Source of the DNA: Octopus bimaculoides
Taxonomy: Eukaryota
Direction: 5' to 3'
Assembly (NCBI RefSeq): GCF_001194135.2
Contig: NC_068989.1
Location: forward strand, 82,119,504 to 82,183,503
DNA: 64,000 nucleotides
Part shown: positions 52,896 through 64,000 of the stretch, in pieces
How positions within the stretch are numbered: the stretch's first letter is position 1
Layout: each line of letters begins with the position of its first letter
Translations under genes and position numbers: made by a program
Notes under the pieces: model-generated
What the model was told of the DNA's origin: nothing
The model's input: only the letters and a program-made list of their open reading frames with translations
Database searches by the model: none

Positions 52896-54420
52896 TAATG
52901 AATGCAAAAGCAGTGGATATGTGAAAGTTATTGTCTAACTATAACTTCTGAGGATTGTGACACAGAATGGAGTATACAACTATACACTCTGAATTGTAAC
53001 ATTAGAGCAACATAGTTATGAAATACCTTCTTACGCATCATAATAGTTCTATAAAAGTAGTTTAATGTGTTAATTATTATTTAATTAGTAATAATGACGC
53101 TGGAGCGATCAGAGCTGAACATTTGTCGTAATGTTTTAATGTAATGAGATACTGGTGTCTGTCTGTCTGCTGCTTCTTCATGGTCCATCATGTTGTGTTT
53201 CTCTCTCCACTATAACCATATACTGAGCAGTACAGGCTATGTACCCATGCTTCTACAGTCACAATAAACCCCTACGTGTCAGAGTGTGCAGTGAGGGCCT
53301 CAACAAAACGCATGTACGGAATATCTGGGAAGTACTGTATTTGGAAAATACTCAATATAAAGAAAAAGATGTCCAGCTTGAACATAAACTGTAAGGAAAG
53401 CATGAACCAGATGGGAATTCCAGAGGATTGACATACCTGGGTGGACGGAATGGATTTAGATGTTAGTGTGGATCCTGAGGGAGAGAGGAGAGGTGGGTGT
53501 GTCTATCGTCATCTAGCTGTAAAAATTCTGCCAAAACAGTCACAGAAGTCTGGTGCAGGCCTCGGCCAGGCCGGCTCTTGTGGTGCCATCCCACCCATGC
53601 TAGCATGGAACATGGATGTTAAATGATGATGATGATGATATATACCATCCCAATTTATCATCCAGCACCATTCTAAGTACATACCCTTTACTTACCAAGT
53701 TTTCAGGAATCCCTTGATAGACATGAGTCATTTATTTACTCATCTTTACAGATAAATACCCTCTATTTACCTGTAATTGCCAGCTACCCAGATTTGTACT
53801 TATTGACAGTGAGTTCAATAGGTACCTAGCCAGAGTTTTACCAATTAAATTCACTGTCACACCTAACAGAATGTGTCCCAGCTGTTGCATCTGCAACCAC
53901 CAATCATAAGACACTAAATATCAACTCCAGATCCGTGTTATGGTTGTATTAGTTTATTTTTTTGTATATCACTTTATCCGGGATCTCAGAGATTTGGAGG
54001 AAGTTGGTTTTAAACAAGAGACCGGGCTCAAATATTTACAACAGCATGGACTCTCAAAAGGTACCCAAAAGTCACCAGGTGATGGTGTTAAAGGGGCTGA
54101 TGGATTATGAAGGGTACTGTGGTTGTGAAATATTTTGGTATAGCACACAGATATCATTGCAAGATAGATCAGTACACAGGTGAGTATGTTGAAAGGAATG
54201 GATTACCAGAGCAATTGGCACTGGGCCACCACAAGAAAGACTACGTTGGCTAAATATAAATGTAGCTTTCTAAGCTGGCATGAAAGACAGGATAACAACA
54301 ACAATAAACAGTAACACGAAGAAGAAGAAGAAGGCCTCTCCAAATATACAACGTCAATATTCGTCAGGATAGCTGAAGTCAAGCTAGGTTCTCCGTCATA
54401 ATCCATACGACAAGCAGCTA

Positions 54421-54428
54421 TGACGTCA
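54421..54428. promoter_or_regulatory. Perfect CRE palindrome TGACGTCA in a CpG-retaining unique segment
   Basis: Exact motif, 45 nt into the intron after the candidate ATGG|GTAAGT donor. Function is not demonstrated. Confidence 0.3.
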
Positions 54429-54472
54429 TCAGCCACAAGCTGAATACCCAAAACTCTTCTAAAATTACTTAC

Positions 54473-54533
54473 CCATAATGCCTTTTGGCAGTAACATCAA
54501 CATTTTGCAATGACGACATTTAATCACAAGCAT
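54473..54533 (-). CDS. Candidate first coding exon (MLVIKCRHCKMLMLLPKGIM + G, or only ATG G)
   Basis: Consensus donor ATGG|GTAAGT at 54473/54472. Open frame from the ATG at 54533 after an upstream stop. CpG-rich unique context. Confidence 0.3.
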
Positions 54534-55495
54534 CAAGGATTGGCAATTTCTAATGAAACATCACAAGTTTTTTTGTTTTTTTTCCCCCCCTCTTCGTTTA
54601 CTTTTCATCATTACTACTACAACTACTACTACTACTATAGAAAGGTACAGGTATGAGTAGAGGTGTGGGTAGAGATGCCTGTGGAGTTCTGGTATTTATT
54701 GTTGTTATGATGTCATTGCAAAGAAGGAAATAGACAAAATAATTATTATAATAATAATGATGACGATGATCTTTTCTTCTATAGGCACAAGGCCTGAAAT
54801 TTTGGGGAAGGGGATAAGTCACTAACTTTGACACCAGTACTCAACTGGTACTTATTTCACAAACCCCGAAAGGATTAAAGACAAAGACAAACTTTGGCAG
54901 AATTTGAACTCAGAACATACAGCCAGAAGAAATGCCACTAAGCATTTTGTTTGGTGCGCTAACAAATTCTTCCAGTTTGCCACCATAATAATTATTTGTT
55001 ATAGACAAAAGCCTGAAATGTTGTGGGAGGGGGTAAGTCAATTGCAACGACCCCAGTGCTCAACTGGTGCTTATTTTATTGACCCCAAAAGGATGAAAGA
55101 CAAAGTCAATCTCGGCAGAATTTGAACTCAGAGCATGAATTTTGCCTGCTATGCTAATGATTCTGCCAGCTCACCACATTACTACTACTACTACTACTAC
55201 TAATAATAATAATGATAATGATAATAATAATAATTATAATAATCCTTTCTACAAAAGGCACAAGGCTTGAAATTTTGGGGGAGGGGGCTAGTTGGTTGCA
55301 TTGACCCCAGTGTTTCACTGGTACTTAATTTATCGACCCCCGAAAGGATGAAAGGCAAAGTTGAATTTGAACTCAAAATGTAGCAGGAGACAAAATACTG
55401 CTAAGCACTTCATCCTGGCATGCTAACAGTTCTGCCAGTTCACCACTTTAATAATAATAATAGTAATTATTATCATATCAACAACAACAACTACA

Positions 55496-55819
55496 TCACA
55501 GTCCCAAATAATGAAGAAATTCAATATGAGTGACATAGAAAAAAATAGTAACATACCAGGACCTAGCTATTGAATTACAGAGACTATGGAAAGTGTGGGT
55601 AGAATGTATCCCAGTAGTTATAGATGCATTGGGAACTATTTCTAAGGATCTGAACAGATGGATAGAGGAAATGGGCATAAAACCCAGTTTAGTACAGCTC
55701 CAGAAAATAGTGTTATTAGGGACAGCTAGAATACTTAGCATCTAAGGTTACTTGTAGCCCGATGTTGAGAATTTTTATTTTCCAACAGTCTAATCTGTTG
55801 TGTGTGTATATATCAATAA
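55496..55819 (+). mobile_element. 5'-truncated R4/Dong-clade non-LTR retrotransposon 3' end with 17-bp TSD
   Basis: DLAIELQRLWKVWVECIPVVIDALGTISKDLNRWIEEMGIKPSLVQLQKIVLLGTARILSI* (C-terminus of the restriction-like endonuclease region). CAACAACAACAACTACA at 55479-55495 and 55820-55836. Confidence 0.85.
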
Positions 55820-55906
55820 CAACAACAACAACTACAATATAAACTATATTTCAGCAGTTATTTTATTATCAATATTATGGTACCTCTGTAAGGTACCATA
55901 ATATTG

Positions 55907-56111
55907 AGTTGGCAGAATCATAAGCACGATGGGCAAAAAGCTTAGCAGCATTTCGGCCACCTTTTACATTCTGAGATCAAATTCTGCTGAGGTCAACTTC
56001 ACCTTTCATCCTTTCAGGGTTGATAAAATAAATACCAGTTGAGTACTGGGGTTGATATAATCGACTTACTCCCTCCCCTGAATTTGCTGGTTTTGTGCCA
56101 AAATTTGAAAC
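55907..56111 (+). mobile_element. Family B SINE with 21-bp TSD and an inverted copy of the TSD at its 5' junction
   Basis: CAATATTATGGTACCTCTGTA at 55870-55890 and 56112-56132. AGGTACCATAATATTG at 55891-55906. Confidence 0.85.
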
Positions 56112-56324
56112 CAATATTATGGTACCTCTGTAGGATATAGTAATGGATCACAGATAGTACCTCCCTCTCCAAGAGAGCCATGGAGTCTGAAAGTTCCTTT
56201 GTCTGATAAAGCTGGACTACAGATGAGGCCACTTTCGTTAAATAACCACAGATATTGATGGAACCTGTTTAATACAGTCACACACTATATAAACATGTCT
56301 ATTTCATAACCATACACACACACA

Positions 56325-56533
56325 TTATATCTTTTAATTGTTTCAGTCATTAGGCTGTGGCCATACTGGGGCACCACCTTGAAGAATTTTAGTTGGATGA
56401 ATCAACCCCAATACTTTTTTCATTTTTTAAAAGCTTGGTACTTGTTCTATCAGTCTCTTTTGGTGAACCACTAAGTTGTGGGGATGTAAATACACCATCA
56501 CTGGTTGTCAAGTGATGGCGGGGAACAAATGTG

Positions 56534-56567
<34 letters not shown>

Positions 56568-56712
56568 GATGGGCTTCTTTTACTTTCCGTCTACTGAATC
56601 CACTCACAAGGCTTTGGTCTACCTGAGGCTAAAGTAGAAGACACTCGCTCAAGGTGTCATGCAGTGGGACTGAACCTGGAACCAAGCTTCTTATCACACA
56701 GTCACGCCTGTG
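56325..56712 (-). mobile_element. SINE family A, older copy
   Basis: Reverse complement of head, centre and tail. Confidence 0.85.
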
Positions 56713-57383
56713 CTTATATATATAATATCATATACATATGTGTGTGTGTGTGTGTGTGTGTCTATGTCATAACCATACATAGTTAACCATAGCCAATCTG
56801 TGATATAGATGATCCACAACAAACAATAAAACTCTTTGCTATTCAATTAATTGTAAAGAAACTCAATTTAAATATTACAATTAAACTCCTACACACACAC
56901 ACACACACACATGCATACAAGAGTGACCAACTGCTTTGGTTTGTTACAACTGCTGGTGTTGCCTCCATTCAAACACTGTGGTTGTATAGAAAGCATGTTT
57001 CCATTATTCAGAATGATATTTTCTCTTTGAAATTCTATCTATGTTAAATTTTATCATAGCTTTTAAGTCATAGATTAACCATTTAGTCCTATTTTTCTTA
57101 CGTTGGTAGAACATTATTCAAAAGAGACTTGGTAGCTATTTCTAGCCTGTTGAAAAACCATATAAAAACTTCTTCATTGGCTTGAAGTAGTAGTGTTAAA
57201 TATTGGCTTGAAGTGGTATTGTTAAATATGTTAGGTTAGAACTATAAATTGAAAAATATTCAATGGTATTACAACATATAAAGGTGGTGTTGGCAAGATC
57301 ATTTGCAAGCTGGATAAAATGTTTCAAATTCTGTCAAGGTTGACTTTGCCTTTCATCCTTTTGGGGTTGATAAAATGAGTACC

Positions 57384-57695
57384 GGAGACGCAATGGCCCA
57401 GTGGTTAGGGCAGCGGACTCGCAGTCGGAGGTTCGCGGTTTCGATTCCCAGACCAGGCGTTGTGTGTGTTTATTGAGCGAAAACACCTAAAGCTCCACGA
57501 GGCTCCGGCAGGGGATGGTGGCGAACCCTGCTGTACTCTTCCACCACAACTTTCTCTCACTCTTACATCCTGTTTCTTGAGTAACGCTGTGATGGACTAG
57601 CATCCTGTCCAGCTGGGGGGGAACACATACACCATAGAAACCAGGAAACCGGGCCCATGAGCCTGGTTAGGCTTTAAAAGGGCGCATAAAAAATA
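57384..57695 (+). mobile_element. SINE family D (tRNA-derived), young, single copy in this window, 14-bp TSD
   Basis: GGAGACGCAATGGCCCAGTGGTTAGGGCAGCGGAC...GGTTTCGATTCCC (A and B boxes). ATAAAATGAGTACC at 57370-57383 and 57696-57709. Sits inside an old family B SINE. Confidence 0.9.
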
Positions 57696-57831
57696 ATAAA
57701 ATGAGTACCAGCTCAGAACTGGGGTTGATGCAATTGACTAACTTCCAACCCCTAAAATTGCTGGCCTTGTGCCAAAATTAGAAAAAAGTTATAGCAAGCA
57801 ACAACACCGTTAGTGGTTTTAAAGTTAACAC

Positions 57832-58228
57832 AAGTGGCTGTGTGGTAAGTAGCTTGCTTACCAGCCACATGGTTCCGGGTTCAGTCCCACTGCGTGGCAC
57901 CTTGGGCAAGTGTCTTCTGCTATAGCCTCGGGCCGACCAAAGCTTTGTGAGTGGATTTGGTAGACGGAAACTGAAAGAAGCCCGTTGTATATATGTATAT
58001 GTATATATATATGTGTGTGTGTTTGTGTGTCTGTGTTTGTCCCCCGCAACATCGCTTAACAGATGCTGGTGTGTTTACGTCCCTGTAACTCAGCGGTTCA
58101 GCAAAAGAGATCAATAGAATAAGTACTAGGCTTACAAAGAATAAGCTCTGGGGGGTCGATTTGCTCGACTAAAGGCGGTGCTCCAGCATGGTCACAGTCA
58201 AATGACTGAAACAAGTAAGAGTAAAGAG
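57832..58228 (+). mobile_element. SINE family A, near full length
   Basis: Matches 9357-9766. Confidence 0.9.
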
Positions 58229-59554
58229 TATATGGCTTTCTGTTGTATGACTAGTAGTGAATCTGACGTAGAAAAGCAGCTTTGGGTTTGTAGATTTAGG
58301 GAACTGAAACAGCAGAAGGATAAATTTAGGGCAGAGAGAATTACTCATGAGAAGAAACCGTCAAATAGGAATCTAGATTGGAATGAATTACCAAGTTTCT
58401 GAGAGCATCATCTTACATCCATATCACATGTAGCATTATGACTATTGCTGGATCAGGATGGTAACATATTTTATTGGCAGAGCTCTGCTAATATGAATAT
58501 CAGAAAGTGTTGCAGAGAATCCTAAGGAAACACACACACACAACTTGTGAAAGTTTACACTGTCTATCTGTAGCTCTTCTTAATAGAAACAAATGAGAAA
58601 CATCCTAGTCATTGCTTCTAATGTACACAAATATTTTATCATTGTTGCAAAAAAAAATTTGAAAAAAAAAGAAAAAAAAAAGAACACAAGAAGTCTACTA
58701 AACATTTGCATTGGATAACAACAACAACAACAACAACAGCAGCAACAATTTGTTGTTATTTTCTCTTTTTTTATAGAGTGGTCTCAAATTTACCAAGAAG
58801 AATTCATTTCATGAATAATACATTTTGAAATCATTAACGGTAGAAAATATATACATCTTAGTGAAAGACAGAAGGAATTTAACATCTCATCGATCATCAG
58901 GCCGGCAGGCCGGCAGACACACACAGACACACACATAGACACACAATTTCTCATTGTTTGGCGTTTAATATGAGGAATGTTCCATTGTGGAATTCAGGGA
59001 ATCAATTGCAAGATAAATCTAATGATATTGTTTAGTTGTGGTAAGGTTAGTGACATTTGGCCTAGTTCCAGGGTATGTCTGGAAGAAAAGATAATTTATG
59101 ACAGCAGAGGAGGGAAATGTAGGGGAGAAAAGATGTGAGGGAATACACCGAAATGAAAGATGAAATGAAATAGGTGATGACATTAGAGGAAACATGACTA
59201 AATTATCTCTTGGATAGTGATTAGTAAATGTAATTTTAATAATTAGCCCTGTCATATAAATAGATTTGTCCAATATAGAATAAAGATGAAGATATTAACT
59301 ATAATTATACAGTCTTAATTTATGATAGAGTCCTGGGTATGACTTTAAACTGCATCTGGTTTGGAAATTCCAGAGACCCTGGTTTGGAAATTCCAGAGTT
59401 TTGAGGCATGGAGAAGTACCTCTTAGCCATTATTGTTCTTTGGTTTACTCTGACCTAGAGTAGTAGCATCTGTCAGCGTACGTGCTACAGGTTAAATGAT
59501 ATGTAAACACCTGAGGTAGAGTATGTTGAAATCATGGGATGCAGCATCATGGAT

Positions 59555-59950
59555 ACTCTTTACTCTTTTACTTGTTACAATAATTTGACGGTGGCCATGC
59601 TGGAGCACAGCCTTTAGTCGAGCAAAGTGACGCCAGGACTTATTCTTTGTAAGCCTAGTACTTATTCTGTTGGTCTCTTTTGCCGAACTGCTAAGTGACG
59701 GGGACATAAACACACCAGCATCGGTTGTCAAGCAATGCTAGGGGGACAAACACAGACACATGAACATACACATATATATATATACATATATACGACGGGC
59801 TCCTTTCAGTTTCTGTCTACCAAATCCGCTCACAAAGCTTTGGTTGGCATGAGGCTATAGTAGAAGACATTTGCCCAAGATTCCACGCAGTGGGACTGAA
59901 CTTGGAACCATGGGTTAGTAAGCAAGTTACTTACCACACAGCCACTCCTG
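59555..59950 (-). mobile_element. SINE family A, full length, minus strand
   Basis: Reverse complement of the family A consensus. Confidence 0.9.
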
Positions 59951-60552
59951 GAACTATTTCAGCAGATGATCTGATTGAGTCAATAACAAATATCAATAGC
60001 CAGGACCAACCAGTTCAGTTAGTGAGCCACTGCTTTCATCTGTAGTCATGGCATGCACAGATGAAGTATTTCAGTTAAGTGAATGACTAATGTGACTAAA
60101 TTTCCAGGCCAGACGTTCATGCCCTTGTCACATGTCTGGCATGGAAGGGTTACATTGGTCTGAGCAAGTTGCCTAACCTAGATGATAATGATGTTGAAGA
60201 TGCTAAAGATGGCCTGAAGGACCTTTTAGTAAGGCAGAAAAGCCCTCAAATTCCGAGTAAGCATTTCTCTTTGAAAATATTGATAAGGAAAACAGAGAAC
60301 ATCTATGTGGTCAGTCGACCTGTTAGAAATAGCAGCTAAATGATCTTCAAATCAGTGAGATTTCCCCGATTTCTAATCTATGAGTGGAGCAATAGCAGTG
60401 GCTACGGATAAGTGGACAATACAGCACAGTAAAATATAGCAATACCCTTCTGCCGTCCTACTAAGGATCAACAATGACTGCAGGCCTGAAAATAGAACCT
60501 AGCTTTGTCTTCCATACTTACTGGAATAATTTAAATAATATTAATCTTTCAC

Positions 60553-60705
60553 TACATGGCTCAGTGGTTAGAGTGTCATGCTCACAATCATGAGTTGTGA
60601 CTTCGATTTTCGGACTGGGCTGTGTTGTGTTCTTGAGCAAGACACTTCATTTCACGTTGTTCCAGTTCACTCAGCTGTAGAAATGAGTTGTGGCATCATT
60701 GACAG
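60553..60705 (+). mobile_element. SINE family E head
   Basis: CATGGCTCAGTGGTTAGAGTGTC...TTCGATTTTCGG...CTTGAGCAAGACACTT. Confidence 0.8.
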
Positions 60706-61342
60706 CTATTTTTAGCAGGTTGAATAACCATATAAAGGACTGAAATAAACTGACACCGTTGTCACCATCAGCCAAAATAATCCAAGAAGAGAGCTTCTAC
60801 ATGGTTACTCAATCTACAGAGATAGCAGTCAAAGCTTCCTAAAAAACAACAACAAAAAAGGAAGTACAAGAGAATGTGTTTGTGATACATGAAAAGGCTC
60901 CAGTGTACTCTGCAAAGTAGTTGGTGCTAGGAAGGGTAACCAACCACAGAAACCCTGCCAAAGCAGACATTGGAGCTTGGTAAAGTTCTCTGGCTTGCCA
61001 GCACCTGTCAAACCGTCCAACCCATGCCAGCAGGGAAAACAGATGTTAAACGGTGATGGTGATGATAAATGTACTCCAAGACATATGATTGAAATGGACA
61101 GGGTTGTCATGGCTCGAATGACTTTTACAGGTTTATTCAATCAGAAATAACCTGTGGATTTACAAAAAAACAACAGGAACCAACAGAAAGTGGGTGGGGG
61201 TTGTGGTGGGGGTGGTAATAGTGGAGAAGTGTGTGTGTGGGGAGGGAATCAAAGGAAGGCTCTCTAAAGATTAACTGATTAATTAATTAATCAGTGCAGG
61301 TTGTTGCCAATGGTTACAGAAAGAACTTGAAGAGAACGCGAT

Positions 61343-61380
<38 letters not shown>

Positions 61381-61544
61381 TATATTAAACCGTTAATATA
61401 TGCCCATTACCATATATTGTCATCATCATCATCATCATCAATCATTATTATTATTATTATTATTATTTAAATATTTTTGTTTAATGTACTGCACCTCAGA
61501 AATCTTATGTTTCTAGTAACACACTAGGGGATATAAATAAACTA

Positions 61545-61575
<31 letters not shown>

Positions 61576-61581
61576 GCAATG

Positions 61582-61622
<41 letters not shown>

Positions 61623-62028
61623 GATAATAATAATTAAAGGAGTCAACTAGTGTATAGACAGGCGAGGCTATCTGTAGAATTATGGTTGTGAATATGTGTA
61701 CATATATAAACAAGCAAAAGTATATATAGAATGTGTGTGGGACTGTGTGTATGTATATAAATAACTGAGTGAGAATATAAAATCGTGTATGCGGATGTGT
61801 ATGTGTCAATAGACAAAAGAGGATGTATAAAAAATTGTGTGTGAATGTGTGTATGTATAGACAGAGGAGGGTATATATAGATTTGTGTGTGTGAATATGT
61901 ATATAGGCAAGTTAGGATGTTTACAGAATTGTGTTAGTGTATGTAAGTATTGAGACAGTCTGAGGGTGTATATGGAATATTGTGTGCGTGTGTGTGTGTC
62001 AATGTGGTTGCATGTAAGCAAGTGAGGG

Positions 62029-62060
<32 letters not shown>

Positions 62061-62921
62061 ACTGCATATATAGACAGACAGGTATGTAGAAATGTGTGTG
62101 TGTGAAAGTGTTTCTTTATATAAGTAGGTGAAGATGTATATAGAACTGTGTTTGTGAAAATGCGAGTATACATATGTGTGTATGTGAAAGTGTGTATGTA
62201 TACGTAGACAGAAGAGAATGATGAGAGAGAGAGAGAGAGATCATCATCATCATCATCATCATCATCATTGTCATCAAAATATTTTCTATATTTTGCAGTT
62301 ATTTTTAATTGATGTTAGCACCAGTCTGTATCCACCTCCACATATGTGTGTGTGTGTGTGTGTGTGTGTATGAGTGTGTGTATGTATGAATGTATGTGTA
62401 AATGTACATGTATCTTCACATGTGTATGCATGTATGTGTGTGTATGTGTGTATGTCTAGATGTATATGTATGCATGTGTCGGTATACCAACAGACTTGCT
62501 TCCATACTTCCTCAGTAACAAAAATAATCATCTCTTACATAGCAGAAGGGGAGGGGTAAGAGGGGTGATATTAGAAGTGGTGGTGGTGTGTTGGTGTCTG
62601 TGACTTTCCCCAATTACATTACTGATATGAATTGGAAGAGAAAAAAAAAAAGAGATCACGCAACCATTCGTATGTCAGAATCTCACCTCAAAATAATGGT
62701 GCGTGGGACATCTTTCTTTAAATCGAGGAAATATATAACCCACCCTGTAAATATGTTGAATTCTCGATGAGTTGGTCACAGCTGAAATCTTGTTTTTCTT
62801 TCTTAAGATACCTGACAACATGTCAGGTATAAAACTGGTTTACCTACCCATCATATGACACATATACATAGTCACGTGAAGCTCAAAGACAAGATAAGAG
62901 ATGCCAAACCAAAATGCTCAC

Positions 62922-63069
62922 CAAAAGTTAGTCCCCATCTGACAGACACATACACATATGTACACATAGTTTTCATGCTAGTCAGTGGAAACTGTACAAG
63001 TGGAGATAAAGATGTGCCAAACAGGTTTACCATTATTCTTGTGATTCAGAAGAAATCGCTTTTACTCAC
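62922..63069 (-). other. Candidate 148-nt exon starting with GTGAGT (recursive-site-like, or a 5'UTR/start exon)
   Basis: Acceptor CATTTTTTTTGTCTCTTTCAG, possible donor TTG|GTGAGC. All three frames hit a stop within 24 nt of the acceptor. An internal ATG opens MVNLFGTSLSPLVQ...WGLTF up to the donor. Confidence 0.4.
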
Positions 63070-63779
63070 CTGAAAGAGACAAAAAAAATGAGTAAATTAA
63101 ATCACCTTTTCAACATTGGATTAACAAAGAAACACATAACAACCAAACAGAATTGGTAAATTTCACTAAACTATAAGAGTACAGATGAATGGGTGCACCA
63201 CTGTGTAGTCACTTGTATGCTAGAAATAATAGACAAATCTTCTTCAAATTACATCTTACTGTCACAATAAAAAAAAAGGATTCATTGGATACTGTAGGCC
63301 ATTGTCTAGCTTCCACCACAAAGGGGTAGTCATGGTTGGAATGACTTTCATTATAGAGCTGACAGGACAGGATTGACCTAGTGCTCAACAACAACACAAT
63401 ATCTATAATAGTATCCAGTAGAGGAGCAAGGCTGACCTGGGGTTAAATAACAACAAACCTACAATAATATCAATAGAAAACCAATGTTGAGAGAGGATTA
63501 ACTCTTTAGCAGGCATGTCAAACTGTAGCGTCTTTAAGGGCCACATTGCTCACAAACATGTTGTCACGGGAGCTGCATATTTTTAAACACTCGTTTACAA
63601 CAAAGATTTCTGTCATATCAATTCTTTATTATTAAGTAAAAAATATTTAAAAATCTTTTATTTGCTCATCAATAGTGCAATTTTTATTTGTGACACTAAC
63701 CATCCTGTCAATGATCTTGATGTCCCCAGTTTATTATACTATCTTTCACTCAAGATACTATATGACCCAACAAACTGAC

Positions 63780-63945
63780 CAGTATCCAATCACCAAGTGG
63801 CTGTTTGGTTAGAAGTTTGCTTCCCAATCCTGTAGTCTTGGGTTTATTCCCACTATGTGGCACCTTTGGCAATTATCTTCAACTATAGTCCCAATCCAAC
63901 CAAAGGCTTATGAGTAGATTTGGTAGAAGGAAACTGAAAGATGTG
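63780..63945 (+). mobile_element. SINE family A head, old
   Basis: GTGGCTGTTTGGTTAGAAG...GGCACCTTTGGCAA...GGAAACTGAAAGA. Confidence 0.75.
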
Positions 63946-64000
63946 TGTATGTATGTATCTGTTATCATCATCATCGTTTAATGTCCGTTTTCCATGCTGG

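Noticed and set aside
57384-57460. tRNA-like sequences (also 16155-16200, 60553-60620 and the heads of families A and B)
   Set aside because: They continue into SINE bodies with tails and TSDs and lack a complete cloverleaf and terminator, so they are SINE heads rather than tRNA genes.
59356-59398. 20-bp direct repeat CTGGTTTGGAAATTCCAGAG
   Set aside because: An ordinary small tandem duplication with no further structure.

Overview
Eukaryotic, AT-rich, repeat-dominated DNA with many microsatellites and N-gaps. The SINE families resemble those I recall from octopus (coleoid cephalopod) genomes; this is inference from memory, not a database result. There is no prokaryotic gene organisation, no rRNA, no convincing tRNA gene and no CRISPR array. 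The window reads as intronic or intergenic sequence, possibly of a long minus-strand gene. Well-supported contents: (i) an internally deleted Ty3/Gypsy (Mag-like) LTR element at 1026-3910 with both LTRs, PBS, PPT and a 5-bp TSD; (ii) remnants of RTE, Penelope-like, R4/Dong and probable CR1/L2 retroelements; (iii) many copies of about five SINE families; (iv) hAT, Tc1/mariner and piggyBac-like MITEs; (v) a 354-bp foldback hairpin; (vi) several minisatellites. Host coding sequence is limited to a few short candidate exons, none of which I can assign to a gene. The most interesting leads are two minus-strand polypyrimidine-CAG|GTGAGT junctions (recursive-splicing-like), a phase-compatible chain of three minus-strand exons, abundant dsRNA-forming inverted repeats (candidate ADAR substrates), and several informative TE insertion junctions. 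Most ORFs in the supplied track are microsatellite or N-gap artefacts.
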